Position numbers and translations under genes: made by a program
The notes under the pieces: generated by a model
What the model was told of the DNA's origin: nothing
What the model saw: the letters and a program-made list of their open reading frames with translations, nothing else
The model's database searches: none
Part shown: piece by piece, positions 13,479 to 27,862 of the stretch
Position numbering within the stretch: position 1 is the stretch's first letter
How the letters are laid out: every line of letters starts with the position of its first letter
NCBI GenBank assembly: GCA_964016885.1
Contig: OZ024745.1
Location: forward strand, 40,300,001-40,364,000
Source of the DNA: Eledone cirrhosa
Taxonomy: Eukaryota
Direction: 5' to 3'
Length of the DNA stretch: 64,000 nt

Positions 13479-13679
13479 AAATGATTTGAGCATAGCTTTG
13501 ATAATTGTGTAATTTATATTCCGGCTCTGTAAAATATCTCATGTATTTACATTGGGGTATTTTTCTTACTGGGAATAAGGTATTAATGAATTACTGACCT
13601 TTCCTGTTTATAGTTGTATATAGTGTATACATAACTATAAATAATATTATTATATATATATATATATGTATAAGAAAGC

Positions 13680-13757
<78 letters not shown>

Positions 13758-13785
13758 TATATATACCATTATATATATATATACC

Positions 13786-13825
<40 letters not shown>

Positions 13826-13873
13826 CTAGCATATGTATGCATCTGTATATAAATGTTGGTAGATATACTAATT

Positions 13874-13904
<31 letters not shown>

Positions 13905-13974
13905 CGTAGGTCCCGGGTTGAGTCGGGGATAACCACAGTAAGTAAGGTACTCAATACATGGCAGAGTAAATTTT

Positions 13975-14143
13975 TTTTATTTTATAGAAGGAGCTTCTAC
14001 AGGACTAGTACTGTTTCATTCAGATGAAATCTTCAGGAAGCTGGGTGTCATATTAAGTTCTGGTATAAATATGACACCCAGCTTCCTGAAGATTTCATCT
14101 GAATGAAACAGTACTAGTCCTGTAGAAGCTCCTTCTATAAAAT

Positions 14144-14147
<4 letters not shown>
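13975..14147. repeat. Palindrome with 80-bp arms and a 13-nt loop; each arm is mostly a hammerhead
   Basis: 13975-14054 is the reverse complement of 14068-14147. Confidence 0.92.
14080..14130 (+). ncRNA. Type I hammerhead ribozyme (mirror copy 13992-14042, minus strand)
   Basis: AGCTTC CTGAAGA T TTCA-tc-TGAA T GAAACAG-tactagtc-CTGTA GAAGCT; 6-bp stem I, 4-bp stem III, GUA site. Confidence 0.82.
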
Positions 14148-14206
<59 letters not shown>

Positions 14207-14376
14207 GGATTAACAAATAATAGTTAAATGCAGTCCACTTAGGTGAAGTCCAGTTATGGTATTCCAGGTAGTGGATGATATTAACGCTTGGCTTGGTTTG
14301 ACTCAACAAGGCGTTTTCATAGTGATGCTGCGGGTATGCTGTAATTCCTATGTTGTAAACACTTGGAGTAATAATA

Positions 14377-15460
<1,084 letters not shown>

Positions 15461-16954
15461 CAGGTTATGAAAGAAATTCCTACCACATTGGATGATTGTT
15501 TTCTAATATTCTGTTGCAAATTACTGGAGGCTTATTATAACAGAGTGAGTATACAATTTATTATATAGACAAGCATATATGGTCTAAAAGGTATTGTAAA
15601 TAAATTTAGAAGGTTATTGGTTGAACCTTCAAACTCATAATTCCGCTTTCTATTATTTGCTGGTTTTTCACCCATGTCACGTGTACGCTATCGTTTGAAA
15701 TTGTATTGTTATTTTACTGCATTTCTGCCTTGATTGTGCTGATTACCTGATCATCAGATAATTTATAAGCGGTTTATTGAATTTTCGTCACTATGGTAGT
15801 ATCACTGACACAATTACAAACATATGGCTATCACAGGCCAATAATTTGTATGTTGATCTTTAACTTGGAGTCCCAGGCGGAATTTCACTTTCATAGTGCA
15901 TACGTATCAAAGCTCGTTCAGTTTTAGAATAATTACCCCAGCCAATACATGAGCCTCACACCTGTAATATGTTTGGCGTTATCATGCCACACACAACAAC
16001 TAAAATTTAGTTACGGTTCATACAAGAAATGTGCAGCTGTTCAGACCAAGAAAAGAGCATTGATTAAAACTGTTAAAAGGCTTACTTTCTTATTTGGCCA
16101 TAACAATCTCTATAATGTTTGAGGAAAATATTTTCCTTTACGTTCAGGTGTAATGAGTGCTCCAACAGTACGCGCGAGGGGAAAACTCCTACATCCGATT
16201 ATCATACGACTCAATTTCAAAGGAAAGATAACTCTCTTCTTAAACAGTTCGTTTCTACTCTAGCCGGGCCATTAATATATACACATTTAAATTTGAGATC
16301 AAACAACGTACCCAAGAGCTGGAGCCTACTCTCACCGCTATATATTATCCACTCCTTCCTATAGTTGTACATCAATAATTGGTAATACTCGACTGTGTGC
16401 ATAATTGTAATGAGTGTAGACCTACACCAATAACATCATCTAAATGATTCAAAATCATTCTATTCTTAATGGTTATCAGTAAGACTTCCGCAAAGCTTGA
16501 TACTTCAGCAAATTATAACCCCATGTCTTCGCTACTCGATTGTAGATTAAAGCAGATTTATGATACTCAACATATCTTTTTGGCTATGCCTGGTAAAGAA
16601 ATCAAGTGCGTGTACTAAAATGTTTCCAATACTCAAGTCGTTACCCTCAGCGCAACAGCCCGTGACAGAATGTTAAACTTCGAATTCGTTTCTCCTTGAA
16701 GTCGTTTATCCTACAGGCATCAACTTGCAATTGTTATAGGTTAGCATTAACATCCGCGTTTTATCAAAATCGAAAAGCGTATATCAGCTTCGAAAATACT
16801 TCCACTTTACATTTTGTTTACGCAAAAAAATAGTTCCCTATAATTATACAGTAAATAGCTAATACGTAGGTATAAACCATACGCAAATTGGCATAAACTA
16901 AACTTTTAACAATGAGTGTAATAGCGAGTGAGCTTACATTATATATTTATTTGA

Positions 16955-17353
16955 ATTGGCAGTATCGGTAGTGGGTTGGACGCCATGCTTTCTAGCAAAA
17001 TTACGTCCCTTTACGGTCTGAGTTCAAATCCCGCCAAGGTTAACTTTGCCTTTCATCCTTACGGGGTCGATAAAATAAAGTACCAGTAATGTACTAGGTA
17101 ATTGCTGGCCTTGTGCCTAAAGTAGAAACAATTATATATTTATTCACCATTAATTTATTACGAAAAATGGATTGGCAGTATCGGTAGAGTGTCGGGCGCC
17201 ATGCTTTGCAGAAAAGAGTTACAGCCCTTTATGATCTGAGTTCAAATCCTGCTGAGGTTAACTTTGCCTTTCATCCTTACGGGGTCGATAAAATAAAGTA
17301 CCAGTAATACACTGAGATAATTGCTGGCCTTGTGCCAAAAGTAGAAACAATTA
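16955..17353 (+). mobile_element. Two SINE copies in tandem
   Basis: tggcagtatcggtag (A-box-like), gagttcaaatcc (B-box-like), conserved core and tail. Confidence 0.88.
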
Positions 17354-18166
17354 ATTTATTACGAAAAATATTATGGATTTCGTGGTTTGACTTTTGTCCC
17401 CACCCTCTTCGTAAAGTATTGTGTATGAGAGGATGAAGACATAAGTGCAACAAGTAAAACACGATGAAGAAATTAGTTCTAAATGATTTAAATTATGATT
17501 GAAAATAGATAGCCACCAATGATAACTCTGTGCCAAAATGAACCTAGCTCACATTCTAATATCACCATTCCAGCAGATCAAGAAAATATATTGTATATGC
17601 GCGTATAAAAGTCGAATTGTTTGTACCATTCTTTAAGTTTAAATTCATGGGGTCGACTTATACGTAGTAACTACTTTTGAGGGTCTTAACATTCTAGCTA
17701 GAATCGAAAGTAGCGTATCAGTAGAAGAAGACCAATAGATCTATAAGCAAATGAAAGCAAAAATACAATAAATTACAGTGACATTACCGATTCTGTACAT
17801 TTAAACGTACGTCCAAGTATAAAACAAAAAAAAACGATAAACAGTGCAGCGTAGCCCTAAGAATTATTTACACCTGCTCTCTTTTCTTGTATCTATCAAA
17901 CTTGACAGACTGGCTTATTACAATCAATTTATATCGCATTAATGCTGTATATTAACATGGGTAATGTATCTACCGCTAGGATACTACCTTCCGTAATCAT
18001 GTGCATATGGCCGACACCTGCTCGGCGTATTTCACATACAAACTCTTCGATAATATTTTCATAATACTTGAAATTAAATTAAGAAGGCATGGTTTTGGGT
18101 AAAGTTTTGCTTTCAGACATATTTCAGTTTGTTTCGGTTTTCGTAATTCGTGAATGTCTATTGCTT

Positions 18167-18345
18167 TGGCATTATCGTTAGAGGGTCAGACGCCATGTTT
18201 TCTAGCATAGTTACATCCCTTTACGGTCTGAGTTCAAATCCCGTTGGGGTTAACTTTGCTTTTCATATTTAAGGGGTGCATGAAATAAAGTACAATTAAT
18301 GTACTGGTAATTGCTGGCCTTGTGCCAAAAGTAGAAACAATTATT
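18167..18345 (+). mobile_element. SINE copy
   Basis: Same family sequence. Confidence 0.85.
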
Positions 18346-18574
18346 TATCAACAGCGATGGGTACTGTTCGTCTTCTTGCCTCATTGACTTCTTCCCTAGC
18401 ATGGTCTAACCACACAGCGGCGCGCACTAGCGTTATATAATTCTGTCTACTCTGTTCAAAGTATACTAGTTTAGCCTCAGACCTGAGGTTGTTTGCTTAA
18501 TTCTGTCGATCGTCGTAACAGAATATGCCCCCGACACTGCATTTCATCATGTGATTAAGCTATTTATATCATAT

Positions 18575-18672
18575 AATTGTTTCTACATTTGACACAAGGC
18601 CAGCAAATACCCAGTACATTACTGGTACTTTATTTTATCGACCCCGTAAGGATGAAAGGCAAAGTTAACCTG
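18575..18672 (-). mobile_element. 5'-truncated SINE copy
   Basis: Reverse complement of SINE core and tail. Confidence 0.8.
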
Positions 18673-19444
18673 GTGACCAGAACAATATGGTCTTGATAAA
18701 CGAAAACTGAGATAATTTTAAATGAAATCGAGGTTCATGAAATTCAGAAATCTCTGCAATTTAAAGAGACACATTAAGCCAATGTACTCGACCATGTGAT
18801 TAGGGTGTTAATCACACGATTGGCAGATACCTAATTAATATTCTTCTAAGACGGGTGAGCATGGCAAAAACGGATGTAAAACGAATGGTGGTAACTTCGG
18901 AAATGAGTGAAAATATAACACAATCTAAAGAGTTATTGCGAAGTTAGAATTCATTTGCGACGTAATTCATGTAGATATACAGCTTTCAATGCCATTTGGA
19001 ATGTGTTTGTATATCAAGTGTGGTGGATGAATGTCGAGAAAACAGTATTGCCTTAAAGAATTACCAGATAATCTTGTAATTATATTGTTGGTAATCTGCT
19101 GCACGAGATGTTCAATCTCGGCAACTGGAACCTTTTTTTATCATTTTATCATTTCTATGCAAAACATATTTCCAAACCTTGTTGGCATTAACATAAGAAT
19201 TACGTGGTAAGATCACATTGGTATAATGTTGCCACTTACTCGTCTTTCTTCTTTGTGCATGCACATATTCAATATATATCAGAACAGAGGAGACATCTTC
19301 TGTGTGAATCATTTAATCCTAGAATTTACAGGATTATACATAACATTTCTATGGTTATTGTTTGGTGGAATCAATCTACTAGAGGAAAGACAAACATATA
19401 AATAATCAAGCACGTACTCGTACAATCATACACACCAACATAAA

Positions 19445-19477
<33 letters not shown>

Positions 19478-19499
19478 GTTTATATATACACACACATAC

Positions 19500-19530
<31 letters not shown>

Positions 19531-19535
19531 CACGT

Positions 19536-19635
<100 letters not shown>

Positions 19636-20204
19636 GCAATACAAGTAATCTTATAAGTGGTTAATGCAAACGAAACGATTACTACAGATTTAGAGTAAAA
19701 CTAGATATTCTCATTCATGTAATTTTTATTCATATGTCCAATCAATATACTTAACAATTTGAGCCGAGGACATACCCTTCCACTTCACCACCATCAGATG
19801 ATAACCTATGGGAAACAAACGTTTAATATGATTGTGTGAATACACTACTCTTTAAAATGCTGATTCACTAAGGCCAATCTTATGCATCTCTACCCTGATC
19901 AGTCATTCGTCTCATTAAATGTAATTACTTATCTGCCCAACCAAATACACATCCACTTATTTCGTAATATCTGCAATATTCCAGACAATAGTTAGCCTAC
20001 TCTTTTGTTATCGCCACCCTCTGTATACTTCGGAGAAGAAACTAGTTCAATTAAATAGAAAGTGATACTCAAATATCTTCTTGATATGTAGAATCGTAGG
20101 AGGACAGCGGGAATCAATGGGATTAATTGATTAAGGTATACCATAATATATACACACACAACACACACACATTATATATATATATCTATATCTATATATA
20201 CATG

Positions 20205-20257
<53 letters not shown>

Positions 20258-20364
20258 CTATACATATATATACACATACATGTATATATAGATATAGATA
20301 TAGATATAGATATAATGTGTGTGTGTGTGTGTGCGTGTGTGTGTTGTGTGTGTATATATATATA

Positions 20365-20442
<78 letters not shown>

Positions 20443-20467
20443 CATATATATATATGTATGTGTGTAT

Positions 20468-20602
20468 AGGAACCAAATACATATATATATATATTTTTTT
20501 TTAAATAAGACTCCAGTTGCATTTTCGATTTCATCTTTTTTCTTTATACTTTCACTCGTGTAGGACACCTCGGTTATTTTTCATTTTGAAAAAAAACCTC
20601 AC

Positions 20603-20610
<8 letters not shown>
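20468..20610 (+). repeat. Fragment of the U3-A8 hammerhead repeat family, starting at about the predicted cleavage site
   Basis: aggaaccaaata...ccagttgcattttcgatttcatc...cctcactttctaat matches 35835 onward and the reverse complement of 35573-35715. Confidence 0.8.
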
Positions 20611-20690
<80 letters not shown>

Positions 20691-20870
20691 GGTGGGGTAT
20701 GTAAAAGGTAAACAGAAATAACAACACCATCGGTACAGTGTATGGAAGAAATATATCAGGCTTACGCTTAAAATAGCAGGAAGCGTGTCTTAACAGGTCC
20801 ATTCATGTTGCCATCTCTTGGAAAATTGTCAATGCTGTCGTTTTGCGTATGATGTACTTTTGCTATATAT

Positions 20871-20904
<34 letters not shown>

Positions 20905-20981
20905 GTATAAAATCAAAGGAAAGCAAATAGAGTTACATTTTAAAAATAAATTTAAAAACATTCACTGTACTTACTATGTAT

Positions 20982-21062
20982 GCCTTTATCACGGTTTCAG
21001 ATCCCAAACAAATAGACAATATAAACGGATTTCCAGTGAGAAAGAGATCAACATCAGAAGAC
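20982..21062 (-). ncRNA. Hammerhead motif copy 1 (degenerate)
   Basis: GTCTT CTGATGT T GATCT..GGATC T GAAAC CGTG ATA AAGGC. Confidence 0.55.
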
Positions 21063-21175
21063 TTTTCTCACTCGGAGAATATAACATTCTCGAGTTCAAA
21101 TTATAGACTGGCGCCATACAAAACTGTTCCAGAATGAGAGCGAATGAATGATGAATCTTCAGAAGCCTTTTCCCA

Positions 21176-21256
21176 GCCTTCTGACGATAATCTCTTTCTC
21201 AATGGAAATCGGCTTGGATTGTCTATTTGTTTGGGATCTGAATTCGCAGTAAAGGT
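21176..21256 (+). ncRNA. Hammerhead motif copy 2 (degenerate)
   Basis: GCCTT CTGACGA..GGATC T GAATTCGCAGTA AAGGT. Confidence 0.5.
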
Positions 21257-21656
21257 ACACATAGTAAGTACAGTGAATTTTGGGAAATTTATTTAAAATT
21301 ATTTTCTCTATTTGCTTTCTCTTGATTTTATATATTCTGGCTTGTTAATTTATTAACTTGCCATTGAACCACACTGGCATAAGGTTGGACAATACTTGTA
21401 TCCTTATGTGTATTATTTACATGTAGGAACATATACTTTTATTATTATTCTCCTCAACGGTAGAGAAACCTTTGGTCGTTTGAACGGCTGCTATTTTTAG
21501 TAGCACGTTATTGACCTGTCCACCTCGCTTTCTCTCTTTGCACACGGTACTAGGCAAAATTGTTTCATCATTCATTCGCTCTCATTCTGGAACAATTTTG
21601 TATGGCGCCAGTCTATAATTTAATCTCGGGAATTTTATATTATCCGAGTGAGAAAA

Positions 21657-21737
21657 GCCTTCTGACGATGATCTCTTTCTCAATGGAAATCCGCTTGGGC
21701 TATCTATTTGTTTGGGATCTGAATCCGCGGTAATGGC
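21657..21737 (+). ncRNA. Hammerhead motif copy 3
   Basis: GCCTT CTGACGA T GATCT..GGATC T GAATC CGCG GTA ATGGC; combining the three copies gives GCCTT-CTGAYGA..GAAAC-CGCG-GTA-AAGGC. Confidence 0.6.
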
Positions 21738-21977
21738 ACATAAAGTAAGTACTGTGAATTTTTTGAAATGTATTTAAATTTTTTTCTCTATTTGCTTTCC
21801 CTTGACTTTATACGTTCTGGCTTGTTAATTTATTAACTTGCCATTGAACAACAGTGGCATAAGGTAGGACAATACTTGTATCCCTATGTGTATTATTTAC
21901 ATGTAGGAACACATACTTTTATTATATATAAACAATTATTTATATATATATATATATATATATACATATTTATATAT

Positions 21978-22047
<70 letters not shown>

Positions 22048-22089
22048 AGGAGGTGAGAAGTGTTTTTTAAGCTTCATATCATGTATCTC

Positions 22090-22160
22090 TATTTTATCTG
22101 ATGAAAACGCATATATCATCCCATGATGATATTTGTTTTTGAAATGCGCATAATAAAATA
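22090..22160 (+). ncRNA. Type I hammerhead ribozyme
   Basis: TATTTTAT CTGATGA AAAC..ATATCATC-ccat-GATGATAT..GTTT TT GAAA TGCGCA TA ATAAAATA; 8-bp stem I, palindromic stem III. Confidence 0.8.
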
Positions 22161-22197
22161 CTTGAAACTCTTTTACTCATCGTTTGATCTTATATTA

Positions 22198-22236
<39 letters not shown>

Positions 22237-23218
22237 CAAAAGTACATCATATATATATATCAGATTGGAAGCCGTAAAAACCATTTAGACCATTACTCAC
22301 CAGATTACTCGATACAAGGGGTAGTAGAGTGGGTATGTATATATACACATGAGAATGGGAAAGAGGAGTGGTGGCTAGTTCGGACGGTGTGATCTATTGT
22401 TTAGCAAAATGATCTAGAATGCTCTACACTTGTATGTATTTTTCATACATGTGTCCGCTTGAAATCTTTTGATTATGTATCAACAATTATTTGATGGCTC
22501 TGCTCTGTATGTGATAGAATAATTTACACACACCTTGTTGTGGGAATAAATTACTGACAGAGCAAATATTGGTTCACTGAATCTTATTGCCCTGTCTTCT
22601 ATTCTTGACTTTTAATTCACATCTTAAACATTATTTCTCAAGACGAAAGCGTGTATTGGGAATGGTTGACATAAATTAATAGGCAATGACGTCAAAGTTT
22701 AGATATTATTGAAAGAATTTTAGAAAATAGATTATACCTGACATATGCACCTGTAATGAATCGTTACTATTACAAAAAATAAAATATATTTGAGTTTGCA
22801 GTATACATTGGTCATTGAACGTCGACAGAAAGGAAATTATATACTATTTCATACAGAAAAAGAACATAGGTTCATATTCTGAACGAGTACATGGCAATTT
22901 GGTAAAATAATTCAATACCTTTCTATCATTACTGCGGATTACATGTAAATAAAATTTGTTATACATAATCGTTGTGAAGCATGTCAGATGGGCTCTTCTT
23001 ATTTGGTACATTTCATCACCAAACAGGTTAGGAAATCGACTTGGTCTATGATTACCTTTCGGTAAGACCAATATTAAGAAACCTTCCTTCATTCCTACTA
23101 CATCTCTCAGAGTAAATCGAATTTGTTGTGGGTACAGATCATTCTCCTTTAATTTAGTAATTTACTAATTATAAATTGATTGGTTGTAAATTTTATAATT
23201 TACAATATACGAATAATT

Positions 23219-23602
23219 AATTGTTTCTACTATTGGCACAAGGCCAGCAATTACCCAGTACATTACTGGTACTTTATTTTATCGATCCCGCAAGAATGAA
23301 AGGTAAAGTTAACCTCCGCGGGATTTGAACTCAGAATGGCAAGGGCCGTAATTCTATGCATCAAACATGGCGTCCGACCCTCTACCGATACTACCAATTC
23401 ACCGCCCGTTAATAATAATTGTTTCTACTTTAGGCATAAGGCCAGCAATTACCCAGTACTTTACTGGAACATTATTTTATCGACCCCGTAAGGATGAAAG
23501 GCAAAGTTAACCTCGGCGGGATTTGAACTCAGACTGTAAAGGGACGTAACTATGCTAGAAACATGGCGTCCAACCCTCTACCGATACAGCCAATTCACCG
23601 CC
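23219..23602 (-). mobile_element. SINE dimer flanked by a 20-bp direct repeat (TSD)
   Basis: ACAATATACGAATAATTAAT at 23202-23221 and 23607-23626. Confidence 0.9.
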
Positions 23603-25133
23603 TTTCACAATATACGAATAATTAATGATGCAGAACTATTCTAATTTTATATAGATGTCTGTAACGTATTCCGTAGACATAGGCTTTTATTAGCTCATGA
23701 TGTTATCACGTCATTTCTTTACTTGTGATTTGGTTATCACTAAATATATTATCTCCTATTTATACATACTCATGTGATAAAATGCTGGAGATATACTCAG
23801 CGATGAAATTATTAAAAATAGAAAAATAGAAAACAATATAATAAAACATGTACTCTATAATGCAAAATATAATATACTGGTAAAAGAAGTGACGTAACAG
23901 AAAATAATTCTCTCATTATAAACATATTATAGAAAATATAGATAAACACATACAGCAATATTCAGCGAAGCTGTTTAAAGTCGAATAATCAGTCGTATTA
24001 TCGATCAATTTTATTATAATATCACCACATGAAGACCTATTGTTATGAATATATATTATTTTTTTACATTTTTAGTACACCATTACTGTCTGTTTTCCGT
24101 AGTGAAGTAAATTGACTCCTGAAGTCTTGTTCTGCATGTTAAATCCACCAGTGTACAGGAATTAACAAAATCAATTCAGATTTTAATGCAGTAAAACAAA
24201 TGAAATCACAATCCGAATACAAAATTATCAGAGCGATAGTTACTGTACTTTTAATGCAAAAGAACTATATTGATTTAGAATGTGGCACAGCAGGAGATTT
24301 ACCTAAATATTTCAAAATGTTACAGGAGTAAGGGAATGAGGCATGACACAACGATACCGTATAACTGAAATAGTAACATAATCGCCAGGAATGTTCTGTG
24401 GATATTTATGTTGATTTCATACGAATGAAATAGTTCTAGCCTTGTAGAAGTCATTTATTTATATAATAAATATATACAGATGTGTGTGAGTGTGTGTGTC
24501 AGTGTATATTCGTGTGTTTAGAGGTCCATCTCACTTTGTCTAGACTATACATGATTTAAATAAATATTTTCTTTCATTCCATTCAGTGAAAATACACTTC
24601 AGGTTGTATAATAACTATTAGTACTATTAGTACTACAGAAATTGCATTCTACTCGAATAGATTGTAACATATGACAATTATTTTGTTACTATTATTACCA
24701 CGTTTCTATTTCGCGACATAAACATTGAGTTTTAGAGCGGTGAATTAGCATCTATGCATACCATTATTTATGCAATTAAAGCGATATGAAGAAGAGGTTG
24801 TGATGTTTTTGTGATTTACTTTTATCTGAGAAGTTACACTCCTATTAGCTTGAAACTGATTATACTTTTATTTTGAATTAGTGATGTGATATTTACATAT
24901 TGAGAAACACATGCAGCATTAGATACCCAAATACGGTTACTCACGCGCACCTATCTATGCTGTATAAGTATGTGTGTGTGAGTGTTTGTGTGTATGTGTG
25001 TGTATGTGTGTGTTTTGTGTGTTTTGTGTGTGTGTGTGCAATATATATATATAAACGCACTTATACACACACAGACACACACGCACACGCACACACACAC
25101 ATACACACACACATACACACACATATACCCCCC

Positions 25134-25165
<32 letters not shown>

Positions 25166-25694
25166 GTATTTAACAACTGTTTCTTTGCATTACATATTAA
25201 TTTATTGATACAGACAAATAAATGTTTGATATTTTATACAAGCAAATCGTTTGAAATTTTTATCTGATAAATATTGTTGACATTTCTGTTGAAGATAATC
25301 ATTTTTAAAAATAAATCAAAGCAAAATTAGTTTTGAAATATAAAGGAAAATCTAGAACACAAAATACGTTATATATATTTTTTCTAGTTAAATGAGGGTA
25401 CTCAGTCGAAAGAGTGGATATTGAGTTTAAGAATATAATAGTTTTTCTTTTAAATGTTGTATACACAATTCACATCACGTTGTCTAACGATATACAGCAT
25501 TGCAGTAATTGCAATACTTGCTAGCAAACCGGAATACTTCGGTGTAAATCTCCTAACAACAATTACATTGTCACAAGATTTCTTATCAAGATCTATGATT
25601 AAAGTTGTACCACATTATCCATCACATCTTGTTACCGTTGTATATAAGGTTTCATTTCAGGTTTATTTTTTCATTATAGGACTAATTTCCAGTT

Positions 25695-26230
25695 GATGGC
25701 AACGTCATTAGATATGGTAAGGGAGATGCATTGGAAGAACTACTCCACCTCGCGAGGCACACACCTGCGAGTATCCAACTCCATACCAATGGTAGTGAGT
25801 AGGGAGGTTGTCATAGGGCGGAAAACATCAGAAGTCTCTCCACGGACACCAGAGCGATATTTGGAGAGTTTACTTTATTCAGCCGAATTGCAGCAGAGCC
25901 TGTATTAGTTGAAAACCGCACCAGGTTGCTGCTGGAGAAAATGTCGATGCATATGACATCCCAGATGAGGGTTTTACCAACAACTAATGGCTCGATCTGG
26001 GAGGGGAAGACAGCACCATCCAAGCCATGTTTTATGATTCCGTTGAGAGCAGCATGTCGTGAAGGCGGGCCGGCACTGTAGTGACAGGATGGTGGGTGGT
26101 GGCCGAAAGCATCTACAGTTCATTCGCAGCGACATTTGTATTGTTCTCAGATCCGGAGGATGAGCCTCAGTGCAACCCACATTTACATGCTATCAATATC
26201 CTGCGGCATCCCATATACTCAAGTGGAAGA
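25695..26230 (-). mobile_element. Remnant of a CRE-like non-LTR retrotransposon (zinc knuckle + restriction-like endonuclease)
   Basis: Minus-strand HPPSCHYSAGPPSRHAALNGIIKHGLDGAVFPSQIEPL..GKTLIWDVICIDIF and FFQCISLTI resemble the REL C-terminus. Confidence 0.7.
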
Positions 26231-26249
26231 GGAAGAGAGACGTCTACAA

Positions 26250-27030
26250 GGTATAAGGTGGAGATAGATAATAATAGAGACATAGTTAACTTCTTAGGCG
26301 TTACACCTAACCCAGAATCAGGCGTCCACTATACCTTCCATAAGTCTAACGATGATTTAAATTATGCCAACGCGGACACTAATCACACTAGGTGATCATA
26401 GTTATCAACATATGAAGGTCTATCTCCCCAACTTCACTTAACCGGGGAATATCCGATGACTTTTCCGCCGCTAAAGAAAGTTACTATGGCGTAATGACTT
26501 TTTTTAATCTTAAACGATAGGGATACGACCTGTTCTAAACAGGGAAACCACCAGCCGTGTGATGGCACTAGGGAAGACTAGGTCGGACTATAGAATCATG
26601 ACACAGGGCTCACCGATGGCCTGTGTAACAGCCGGGCCCCAACGATGGAAATGTGGTTACCGCAAAACTAAACCTCAAAGAGACAAACCCTGATCCAGTA
26701 GTTATAGGAACTTCTCAGGTCATTTAAGACAGGGACCAGTTCCTAAGATCTCTAACTGCGACAATAGCACTGACGTTATAGCAGAGACACTGACGATTGA
26801 CCTACCGACCCAACAGAATAGGAATAGCAACTAGAGTAGGAGGATCTCGGAGAACTAGATCCCGAGACATCGTGTGGTATAATGCTTCGTACTGCTCTGG
26901 ATTACGGATCACCCTGGCCTACCAATTTTCCAAATAATAGACACGTGCTTCCCCAAAGAACATAGGTACCATAGAAAATGTACTGTCTAACTCTCGCACT
27001 CTACTAGTAGAAACTTAGTTCGTTATATAA
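26250..27030 (+). mobile_element. Degraded Naiad-like PLE remnant, probably interrupted by an unrelated insert (~26505-26740)
   Basis: KVEIDNNRDIVNFLGVT..YTFHKSNDDLNY..NH, TRSRDIVWYN and DTCFPKEHRYH align by eye with the 51631 ORF. Confidence 0.78.
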
Positions 27031-27335
27031 TCATGTGCAAAAGATCGGGCTTCATTCCTCTGCGATATCAACTGAGCTCTTAAATATTATCATTAATCTT
27101 ACTTGGAGGTATATTCTTCTATCTCGCGATTCTCTCTTGTGACATTTGAACAACACACCCTTACTAAGGGTGCTGTGAGCACTCAACTCAGTGAAATAGT
27201 GGATTTACGTGGAGTGAATCTCTTATCCCTGTGCTAAGCACTCTGTCGAGTAACATTACGCTACAGACACTTCGGAAGAACTCCATTACGGCCACTTTTA
27301 TTTGCGATTGCATTCTTTCGGTCATTATTTAAGAG

Positions 27336-27862
27336 AGAGTTACGGCCCTTGCCATTCTGAGTTCAAATCCCGCCGATGTCAACTTTGCCTTTCATCCTTA
27401 CGGGGTCGATAAAATAAAGTACCAGTAATGCACTGGGTAATTGCTGGCCTTGTGCCAAAAGTAGAAACAATTATTTAAGATTGGCAGGGCGGTGGATTGG
27501 CAGTATCGGTAGAGGGTCGGACGCCATGCTTTCCAGCATAGTTACGTCCCTTTTTGACCCGAGTTCAAATCCCGCCGAGGTTGACTTTGCCTTTCATCCT
27601 TACGGGTTCGATAAAATAAAGTACCAGTAATGCACTGGGTAATTGCTGGCCTTGTGCCTAAAAGTAGAAACAATTATTTAAGATTGGCAGTATCGGTAGA
27701 GGGTCGGACGCCATGGTTTCACGTATAGAGTTCCGACCCTTGTCATTGTGAGTTCAAATCCCGCTGAGGTTAACTTTGCCTTTCATCCATACGGGGTCGA
27801 TAAAATAAAGTACCAGTAATGCACTGGGTAATTACTGGCCTTGTGCCAAATGTAGAAACATG
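27336..27862 (+). mobile_element. SINE trimer with TATTTAAGA at the junctions
   Basis: Three consecutive family copies, the first 5'-truncated. Confidence 0.9.

Larger units (their letters stand above)
9557..13520 (+). mobile_element. Penelope-like retroelement (Naiad-like, degenerate) with ~800-bp upstream inverted copy of its 3' end
   Basis: 9557-10373 is a diverged reverse complement of 12660-13520; internal coding remnants are homologous to the 51631 ORF. Confidence 0.88.
20903..21925 (+). repeat. Non-coding hammerhead-bearing element: inverted partial copy plus two direct copies with cores 481 nt apart
   Basis: 20903-21153 is inverted relative to ~21565-21815; 21175-21447 is repeated at 21656-21925. 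Confidence 0.85.

Noticed and set aside
19790-19830. CAGATGA..GAAAC..GTT hammerhead-like string
   Set aside because: Core mismatch and stems I and II too weak
26455-26490. CCGATGA..GAAAG..CTA
   Set aside because: Lies within a degraded PLE coding remnant; no convincing stem I
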